NCBI RefSeq assembly: GCF_000018105.1
Contig: NC_009925.1
Location: forward strand, 3,790,521-3,854,520
Source: Acaryochloris marina MBIC11017
GTDB taxonomy: Bacteria > Cyanobacteriota > Cyanobacteriia > Thermosynechococcales > Thermosynechococcaceae
Length of the DNA stretch: 64,000 nucleotides
Reading direction: 5' to 3'
This document shows positions 57,049 to 64,000 of this stretch, one piece after another. Each line of letters begins with the position of its first letter. Position 1 is the stretch's first letter. The notes beneath the pieces were generated by a model that was given only the letters and a program-made list of their open reading frames with translations, had not been told where the DNA came from and made no database searches. A program made the position numbers and the translations under genes.

Positions 57049-57341
57049 TAATCCCCCACGATGGTTTTTCAGTGAATAAAAAGTATGTATAAATCGCGTT
57101 ATTGTTAGACCTTAGTTCGCCCAACCTGCGATTACAGACCTTGCAATAGGCTGCAGATCTAGGGTTCCCTTTCCGGTCTTCTGATCCGAAGTCTTGATGG
57201 ATCTGCATTTGAGGGAAGGCTAGTTGGGGTCTTATAGTGAGTAGGTAAGCGTGAGAGTCCGTCAGGGTGTATGAGAGGTGTAGCCTCCTGTCTGTCCATA
57301 GTGCTCTGGTTTACAGGACAGTCAATGGACAACTCAAAAAA

Positions 57342-58178
57342 ATGGATCCACTCAGTTTAGGACTATTTGCAGTCTTGGGTATTGCAGCGGGAACCTTAGC
57401 CGGACTGTTGGGAATTGGGGGAGGCATGTTGATTGTGCCTGGGTTGTTTTACCTGTTTGATTTGATTCAACTGCCCCAAGAATCCCTGATGCATATGGCG
57501 GCGGGTAGCTCTATGTGCATTATGATCTGCACCGCTGCGTCTTCGACCTGGGCACACCATCGCCAAGAGCATATTCAATGGTCTATTTTTCGCACCATTA
57601 TTGCGGGGATTGCTGTGGGTGTGGTGAGTGGTAATTTACTGGCCAATCGGATGCCAACCCAACTTCTAGAGTTGATTTTTGGCATCTTTCTGTTGGTGGT
57701 TTCTACCAAAATATTTTTTGAGAAAAAATCTGAGGACGCAGAAGAGCAAACGGTGGGTGCCCCTGGCATCGTGCCTACTAGTGCAGTAGGTATGGTGATT
57801 GGGTTTAAGTCAGGTGTATTGGGGATTGGCGGCGGTGCCCTGAGTGTCCCGTTTCTCCTCTATTGTGGCCTGCCTATGAAAAAAGCGAGTGGGACGTCTG
57901 CCTCTTTCACGTTACCCATCGCCATTGTGGGAACCCTTTCATTTTTGCTATTGAGCGGGAATCAAACGGCCATTCCCTGGTCAACGGGATATGTCTATTG
58001 GCCTGCAGTATTGTTAGTGGCCCCGTTTACAATGCTGGGGGCACCGATAGGGGCTAAATTTGCCGGTATCGTTGCTCCTGAAAAGCTGCGAACGATCTTT
58101 GCCGGATTATTACTGGTGATTAGTATGCGGATGTTGTCGGGGACAGGTTTAATTGCCTGGGATTTCCCGCTGGTCTAG
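57342..58178 (+). CDS. TauE/SafE-family (sulfite exporter-like) anion permease
   Basis: It is polytopic with two repeats containing GIGGGxLxVP motifs (LLGIGGGMLIVPGL and VLGIGGGALSVPFL). The start is taken at the ATG encoding MDPLSLG. Confidence 0.7.
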   Translation: MDPLSLGLFAVLGIAAGTLAGLLGIGGGMLIVPGLFYLFDLIQLPQESLMHMAAGSSMCIMICTAASSTWAHHRQEHIQWSIFRTIIAGIAVGVVSGNLLANRMPTQLLELIFGIFLLVVSTKIFFEKKSEDAEEQTVGAPGIVPTSAVGMVIGFKSGVLGIGGGALSVPFLLYCGLPMKKASGTSASFTLPIAIVGTLSFLLLSGNQTAIPWSTGYVYWPAVLLVAPFTMLGAPIGAKFAGIVAPEKLRTIFAGLLLVISMRMLSGTGLIAWDFPLV

Positions 58179-58366
58179 CTTTGAGGCTAGATAGACTTCG
58201 CACCTATTAAATCCATTCATATCTGGGTTTGTAATTAATAGGTACAAAAAAAGAGTGAATCGCAGCGATCGCATCATTCAGCATGTAACCTGCAATTGAT
58301 ACGCTTGTGGATCTTCGCGAGCGCTGCGTGACACCCTTTAACAACAATTGGCTTGAACGACTAGAT

Positions 58367-58816
58367 TTAGGACAAACCTAGAACAGCATCAAAAGCAGAC
58401 ACAACGGCATCATACTCTTTAGCAGCAGTGGTGGAATTACGCTTAGCAGCAGCAGCATCTAGCTTGTTGAGGTGGTCAGCTAACAATTTGATGGTGCGAC
58501 GACCACTCTTTTGTGTTGCAGCAGGCAATGAATCACCCAAACGACGAGAGAGGGGACCGAGCTCACCAAGGGGACCACGGATAAAGGTGCGAACATTGTT
58601 CCAGTCGCCTTCAGAAACGTATCCTTCTAGCTCAGATAGGCGCCCATACAGTGGTTGTAGTCCTTCTGTATATTTAGAAGCTTGAGCAATAACAATTCCA
58701 GTATTAGACCCAGCTAAAGCAGTAGGGGCAATTGTGCTAAAACTTGTCAAAACAAGGGCAGTTGCAAAGGCAACGGCCAATAGGGATTTACAAAATCGTT
58801 TAAAATTTAAGATCAT
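58367..58816 (-). CDS. Probable CyanoQ (PsbQ-like) lumenal PSII lipoprotein
   Basis: It is about 150 aa with a signal peptide. The segment GDWNNVRTFIRGPLGEL matches the CyanoQ DWxxxRxFIHGPLGEL motif. The fold is four-helix. Confidence 0.45.
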   Translation of the reverse strand: MILNFKRFCKSLLAVAFATALVLTSFSTIAPTALAGSNTGIVIAQASKYTEGLQPLYGRLSELEGYVSEGDWNNVRTFIRGPLGELGPLSRRLGDSLPAATQKSGRRTIKLLADHLNKLDAAAAKRNSTTAAKEYDAVVSAFDAVLGLS

Positions 58817-59006
58817 TGATTCACAGTCCTCTGCGCATCAGAAATGGGTTTGCCAAGATTTATTGTCGAATTTTCAGGGGCCTTTGTAAAGCTAATCACC
58901 TGTAAAGCCCTGCTTTCGGGCTCTTGATTGTAAAGGTTTGTATTTTTTGGCAGGTCTTGCCCCTTAAAGATCGGTCTCTGCCAATTGCATCGGTTTCAAT
59001 AAACGC

Positions 59007-61616
59007 CTAGGCTTCTGAAGGCTTGGATTTAGCTTCGAGATCGGCCAGCCGACTTTTTAGCTCTTGATTGGCTTGTTGGAGTTGCTGAACTTCTTCCTGT
59101 AAGGTGCTTAGAGCTTGATTGGATTTCACTCTAGCCTGCACTTTTTTGATGGATTCTTCGGCCATCCGTCGCACCCGACCATCGGGGGTTTGGTTGGCTA
59201 AGGTTTTGAGGAGTGCTATTGCATTTGGCGTTTCCATTTGTCCCAGGGAAGCAGACACCGACACTTGGGTTAAAAAGAAGCTTTCCCCCACCAGCACCGA
59301 GAGCCGATCCAAAATGCGCTGCAGTTGTTCAGGAGATTGGCCAGTAGAGATACTGCCTAACGCACGAATGGCAGCAAGGCGTAACGGTTGCGGTGTTCCC
59401 GCTTCGGAATAGGCCAAAATTAAATCGAGGGCGGCAGTAGAGGTTTTCATTTGGCTAAGGGCACCAATGGCCCCAGAGCGCACCACTTCATTCCAGCCTG
59501 CCCGGCCTTTAAGGACTGATTTGAACAGTTTGATGACTTTAGTTTCTTTAGGTTTGGTGGTGAGAGTGGAGGCTGCGATCGCACCCACGGCTCGTAACGC
59601 ACTCGCTTCCACGTAATAACTGGGGTCACCCTTTTCGGCTAAGGGTTTGATGGCTTTGTAACTTTCATCAGTTTTAAAGGTCGCCATGGCTTCCACGACC
59701 GCCCGACGAACTCTAGCATCCTGATCTTTCAGTCCGGGCTTGAGGGCGGGCAGCACCTGATCAAGCTTGATTTGAGCGAGCTGTTTGGCCACTTCGACCC
59801 GGACGCCCCAGAACCCATCGGTGGTCAGGGCTTCTCCTAAACTCTTGACGACTTCTAAACCCCCTTTTTTCGCCAAGGACTGCGTGGCATAAATGCGAGA
59901 GAGGGGATCGGGGTCTTGCTTTAGTTGGGCCTTGAGTTCAGGCATCGGATATTCAAGGGAGACCTGCTTGAGATAGTGATTGCCTTGATCGAAGCTAATA
60001 AATAAGGGTTTTTCGGGTAGACCGAAGTAAAAGCTCTGCTCCTGTTCATGGACTCGGACCGTAAAGGTTTGGAACTCCACAGGTTGTTTACCTCGGTCAT
60101 AGCCAAAGGCAATGGGCAGATTTAGATCAAACAGCTCTTTGGCGCTATTTTTATCTTTGGGATCAACCTGAGTTTGAGTGACCGTTACTTTAGCCATCTG
60201 ATGATCGGCATCCCAGCTATAGCCCAGCTTATATTCGGGGTGACCGCCCCGATAGACATACTGATCAAATAAGAAGAGCAGATTGCGACCGGTGGCTTTT
60301 TCGATGGCCCGCAGTAAATCAATGGTTTCTACGGTTTGGTGAGCATTGTCTTGGACAAAGGTATGGATAGCCCGCCAAAACAGCTCGTCCCCCAACTCGG
60401 CCCGAATCATATGGTAGATACAGGCTCCTTTCTCATAGAGATGGCGGTCATACAGCTCAATCGCTTCTCGATAAACATGGGTGACGACGGGGCGACGATA
60501 GCGAGTACTGTCCTCATTGAAATAATTGCGTGCTTCTCGCAGCCGGTAATAGGCGGCATCCTCAGCCCCATACTCATGGTTGGTCCACATCACCTCGGAG
60601 TAAGAGGCCATGCCTTCCTTAATCCAGGCATGGGACCAATGCTTAATCACGACTAAATCGCCAAACCACTGGTGGGCCAATTCATGGGCCACTAGACTTT
60701 CCGCCGCCCGATTATCGATGGCTGCCCGCTCATCCAACAAGCAGCGATCGGTCAGTAGGGTGGTGGAGGTATTTTCCATACCCCCAAAAATAAAGTCATC
60801 CACACAGACCTGGGCATACTTGGGATAGGCGTAGGGGTAGCCGTAGTATTCACTAAAAAATTCGATCATCCGGGGCGTTTTGCCCATGGTTAGCTTGGCC
60901 TGATCTTCCCTCCCTTTTTCGACATAGTAGGTGACAGGTTTGCCCTGCCACTCATCGATAATTTCCGCAAACTGCCCCACTGCCAGGGTCATTAAGTAAG
61001 TCGGATGAACTTCTCGCTGAAGCCAGTGGTAGATTTTTTGCTTACCGTCCACCTCAGTTTCGATTAGCTCTCCATTGGAGATGGCCATATAGGCTTTGGG
61101 CACTCGCACTCGAATCTCTGAAGTGGCGAGTTGGCCGGGATAGTCAAAGCAGGGAAACCAAAACCGGGAGTCTTCATCTTCCCCTTGGGTCCAAACCTGG
61201 GTGGGTTTGTCGGGGTAATGTTCATCAGCCTGGACAAAGTAGAGACCGCGTTGAGGTTGGTGTACGGCGTATGAGATCGCAACCGTAAACACTTTTCCAG
61301 CCCTCGTCGGCTGTTTCAAATGAATCTGTAACTGCTCACCGTCATAGTCAAAGGGCTGTTTGGCACGGCCCACCTTGACGCCTTCAATCTGCAAATCCAC
61401 CGCATCCAAAACCAAGGTCTTAATCCCACTGCGCACCGGGTTTAAGCGGATCTGACAGGTGCCACCAAAGGATTGACCAGGAATGTCTAAGGTTAGATCC
61501 AGAAAAATATGTTCGACTTGGCCTGGGCGATCGGGATTGTAGTGAGGCCGTGCCCCTGCCATTTCAAAGGACTTATGCTTTTTGGTCTCTGAATCAAAGA
61601 AAAGATGGGACATCAC
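59007..61616 (-). CDS. pepN: Aminopeptidase N (M1 family) with C-terminal HEAT-like repeats and a terminal coiled coil
   Basis: The GGMEN exopeptidase motif is present. The zinc motif is HELAHQWFGDLV with a downstream E (WIKEGMASY). The C-terminal ~200 aa are HEAT/ARM-like and end in LQEEVQQLQQANQELKSRLADLEAK. Confidence 0.9.
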   Translation of the reverse strand: MMSHLFFDSETKKHKSFEMAGARPHYNPDRPGQVEHIFLDLTLDIPGQSFGGTCQIRLNPVRSGIKTLVLDAVDLQIEGVKVGRAKQPFDYDGEQLQIHLKQPTRAGKVFTVAISYAVHQPQRGLYFVQADEHYPDKPTQVWTQGEDEDSRFWFPCFDYPGQLATSEIRVRVPKAYMAISNGELIETEVDGKQKIYHWLQREVHPTYLMTLAVGQFAEIIDEWQGKPVTYYVEKGREDQAKLTMGKTPRMIEFFSEYYGYPYAYPKYAQVCVDDFIFGGMENTSTTLLTDRCLLDERAAIDNRAAESLVAHELAHQWFGDLVVIKHWSHAWIKEGMASYSEVMWTNHEYGAEDAAYYRLREARNYFNEDSTRYRRPVVTHVYREAIELYDRHLYEKGACIYHMIRAELGDELFWRAIHTFVQDNAHQTVETIDLLRAIEKATGRNLLFLFDQYVYRGGHPEYKLGYSWDADHQMAKVTVTQTQVDPKDKNSAKELFDLNLPIAFGYDRGKQPVEFQTFTVRVHEQEQSFYFGLPEKPLFISFDQGNHYLKQVSLEYPMPELKAQLKQDPDPLSRIYATQSLAKKGGLEVVKSLGEALTTDGFWGVRVEVAKQLAQIKLDQVLPALKPGLKDQDARVRRAVVEAMATFKTDESYKAIKPLAEKGDPSYYVEASALRAVGAIAASTLTTKPKETKVIKLFKSVLKGRAGWNEVVRSGAIGALSQMKTSTAALDLILAYSEAGTPQPLRLAAIRALGSISTGQSPEQLQRILDRLSVLVGESFFLTQVSVSASLGQMETPNAIALLKTLANQTPDGRVRRMAEESIKKVQARVKSNQALSTLQEEVQQLQQANQELKSRLADLEAKSKPSEA

Positions 61617-61884
61617 ATTACCTGCTGAGGATGGTGCTAGCTGAAGAGAACTGCCAGCAATGATTGGCTCTCGATCCAGCGTAGCGCTTTATTTGGTACT
61701 TAAGGGTTCAGCCATCTTAAAAGTCCTCCTAGCATCCATTACGGGGTACGCAGATACCTTCAAGGCATCATGGGGTTCTCCTCAGATCTCTTAACGGGTA
61801 ATCATCTGAGCAGTATGATTCCTAAAATCGCCTCTGACTCTCCCCTCCCTGGGCATCCTAAGATTAGTACGCGATCAAAATCAC

Positions 61885-63312
61885 TTGAACTTTTTAGATA
61901 ACCGTTGTCATGTTCAGCCCCTCCATCACTGCCTGGCCGTGGGGGTGGCAGCTTTATTAGTGAGTTGTCACTCTACCCCTCTGACCTCACCCACGTTAAT
62001 CGAACGTCCTGCTTTTTCTCAGCCTTCTTTTGTCGCGTCCATCTCTCAAGATCCTGGTGTAGTTCCAGAGCAGTACTTGCAGCGGTACCGACATATTCCT
62101 GATGCCGAGGCATGGCGGCAGGATCTTTACGAACACAAAGCGTTTGCCAAAATTGAAAAACGGGTCAACGAGGATTTACAAGCTGCAAGCCAGGATGAGC
62201 ACAAGTCTAACTTTGTGATGCGTCTGTATGGGGCTCTCTCCGCATTTCCCAATCCCAAAAATGAATATACGCCGCAAGACAAGCAAGACTATCTCCATCA
62301 AACAGCCGTTTTACAGGAATGGATGGCTGCCTACCCAGACTCCCATATTCCTTATCTAATCCAAGGGAAATTGCATGTAAAATACGCTTGGAAATTCCGA
62401 ACGGGACAAGTTGCCCGCAAAGTCACGGAAGAAGGATGGCAGTTATTTCACTACTATTTACAAACAGCAGCCAGTGATTTTAGTGCCGCTAGCCAGCTCG
62501 ATCCAAATGATCCAAATATCTGGAATGAACTCCTGCACCTAGCAGCTAGAACAAACCTAGATCCCTACACTCCAGAATATTTCTTTGAACAAGGGCTGAA
62601 CGCAAATCCCTATCATTCAGGATTGCACACGACTTATCTGCAAACCCTATATCCCCAATGGGGTGGCAGCGAAAAGCAGATGCTGGCGTTCGCCAGAGCA
62701 GCCCATAAGAAGGGACAAGCCACCCAAAAGCCCATGCTAGGGAATGTTTTGCTTTTGGTAGCCCGAGAGATCGATCAGAAGGATGCAGTTCATCCCATTA
62801 CCTGGTCAGAAATAGAAACGGTCTATCAAGAGATATTTGCCCAATATCCTGATTACTTGCGCATGAGGTATTACTACGCCCATGATGCGTTAGAGAGAGA
62901 AAAATTCGATGTAGCGATTCAGCAATTTGAAATCATTGGGGATCGGTGGACGACGAACACCCTATGGGACGATCTCAATGCATTTCACCGCTCTCGTGTC
63001 TTTGTATACTTCAAAGAGGCGGTTCAACTGTATAAGCAAGCAACTCAGCAGCATTATCAGGCCAATACAAGTAAAGAGCATGAGCTAGTCTCTGAAGCTG
63101 AGAAAAGAGTGCTGAAAGCACTGGAATTATGGCCTCAAGCATCAGGATATCTATTCCTGGCTGGAATTCACGGCAATATCTACAAAGATATTCCTCAAGC
63201 CATTGATTTTGCCAATCAAGCTTTGGCTCTAAACCCCTCCCCAGCTGAACGGGAATATGCAGAAGATTTTATTCAGCAAGCGGAAGGCCTTTTGGCCAGG
63301 CAACGTCGATAA
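61885..63312 (+). CDS. Hypothetical exported/lipoprotein-like helical protein
   Basis: The ORF is open at 475 aa with a signal peptide and lipobox-like LLVSC. No family was recognised. Confidence 0.45.
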   Translation: MNFLDNRCHVQPLHHCLAVGVAALLVSCHSTPLTSPTLIERPAFSQPSFVASISQDPGVVPEQYLQRYRHIPDAEAWRQDLYEHKAFAKIEKRVNEDLQAASQDEHKSNFVMRLYGALSAFPNPKNEYTPQDKQDYLHQTAVLQEWMAAYPDSHIPYLIQGKLHVKYAWKFRTGQVARKVTEEGWQLFHYYLQTAASDFSAASQLDPNDPNIWNELLHLAARTNLDPYTPEYFFEQGLNANPYHSGLHTTYLQTLYPQWGGSEKQMLAFARAAHKKGQATQKPMLGNVLLLVAREIDQKDAVHPITWSEIETVYQEIFAQYPDYLRMRYYYAHDALEREKFDVAIQQFEIIGDRWTTNTLWDDLNAFHRSRVFVYFKEAVQLYKQATQQHYQANTSKEHELVSEAEKRVLKALELWPQASGYLFLAGIHGNIYKDIPQAIDFANQALALNPSPAEREYAEDFIQQAEGLLARQRR

Positions 63313-63406
63313 GACGTACAGGGTGTTTGATGTCACCCATGCAAACGATTGCCCTTCTTGGTGAAGTCTGAATAAACGGCCATGAAGGGAAGTGTACCTG
63401 TATCTC

Positions 63407-63931
63407 TCATCGCGTTCTTTGCCCCAGAGACACTAAGACATTGAGTTTCCACAAGGGAACCCCTGCTCGTTTGGCGGCGGCTTCTCGGCTATAGCCTCGA
63501 CGGAGGAGCTTAATGGCGTCTTGGGTTTTATTCCAGGTGGACCCATTGAGCACAATCTTACGGTTTTGGCGGGCGACGACTAACCCACGGGTGACCAGCT
63601 GAGCTTCCTTCAGAGCAGCCGGTGAATATTTTGGCTTGGGGCTACTTTTAATCGCTACGCGTGGACGAGGTTGAGGGGGGCGGCTGACTACAGGCTTGCT
63701 AACTGGTCGTCGAGGACGAGTTGCTCGAGGTGGGGTAGGTCGGGCCGGTAGAGGAGGCAGAGGATTTTGCCGGAGCACCGCAGGTTCAGGAGAAAATGGG
63801 GGGGGATATGCAGCGATAAAAGGTAGGGGTGGTGCTGGTTTAACTTGAGCAGTTTTCTTGGGCTTTGCCTGGGAAACGGGTGGTTTAGGTCTGTTGGTCG
63901 GCACTTTGGCGACCGTGCTTCCAATCGCCAC
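63407..63931 (-). CDS. Hypothetical Pro-rich protein with a C-terminal HTH-like segment
   Basis: The ORF is open. The central region is Pro/basic-rich. The C-terminus is GYSREAAAKRAGVPLWKLNVLVSLG. Confidence 0.35.
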   Translation of the reverse strand: MAIGSTVAKVPTNRPKPPVSQAKPKKTAQVKPAPPLPFIAAYPPPFSPEPAVLRQNPLPPLPARPTPPRATRPRRPVSKPVVSRPPQPRPRVAIKSSPKPKYSPAALKEAQLVTRGLVVARQNRKIVLNGSTWNKTQDAIKLLRRGYSREAAAKRAGVPLWKLNVLVSLGQRTR

Positions 63932-64000
63932 TGTTTTCAGGACTTGCTTGCCATTTAGATCGGTAGCTTGTAGGGTAATTGCCCCGGGTTGTTGGGGGTT

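Noticed and set aside
1-64000. Mobile genetic elements (IS, integrase, phage genes)
   Set aside because: No transposase, recombinase or phage structural-protein signatures, and no inverted terminal repeats, were recognised in any frame. The composition anomalies at 26.2-28.1 kb and 41.6-42.7 kb lack flanking mobility genes.

Overview
This window looks like a 64-kb cyanobacterial chromosomal segment that is gene-dense on both strands. The cyanobacterial origin rests on several calls: a psbY-like minigene, a CyanoQ-like protein, Ycf66-like and phylloquinone menC-menE genes, FGE-sulfatase fusion proteins, and a type-IV-pilus chemosensory cluster.

Main blocks, in order:
- Bases 1-2447: two paralogous FGE-sulfatase (SUMF1) domain genes. 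The second is fused to a trypsin-like protease and carries a Tat signal.
- Bases 2470-10780, minus strand: a complete Hmp/Pil-Chp-type chemotaxis-like operon, in the order PatA-type PATAN-REC, CheY, CheW, MCP, hybrid CheA. It is followed by a divergent unit encoding an M14-like peptidase and a 1187-aa coiled-coil protein that ends in a BRCT domain.
- Bases 16-30 kb: housekeeping and envelope genes. These include a Ser/Thr kinase with tandem SH3b domains next to a VanY-type peptidase, menC-menE, a HAD hydrolase, a TM2 protein, an omega-3 desaturase, and an AT-rich patch with an XRE regulator.
- Bases 30.67-30.91 kb: a cluster of three tRNA-like genes (Gly-GCC-like, CAU-anticodon, and a Pro-UGG-like remnant) whose acceptor stems have 5'-terminal mismatches. 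These sit about 2 kb upstream, on the same strand, of a two-domain SPFH protein and an ATGA-overlapping pair of genes: a T4-Pnk-like P-loop polynucleotide kinase and a Thg1-like (TLP) 3'-5' nucleotidyltransferase. I flag the kinase-TLP pair plus the tRNA-like cluster as a candidate, undescribed, tRNA 5'-end repair/editing module.
- Bases 34-64 kb: lipA; an orphan colicin-E9-type DNase immunity protein beside a visibly AT-rich ABC exporter; nusB-ftsY; GAF-PP2C; pepP; pepN; two TPR proteins; and assorted cyanobacterial hypotheticals.

No CRISPR array, transposase or integrase was seen.
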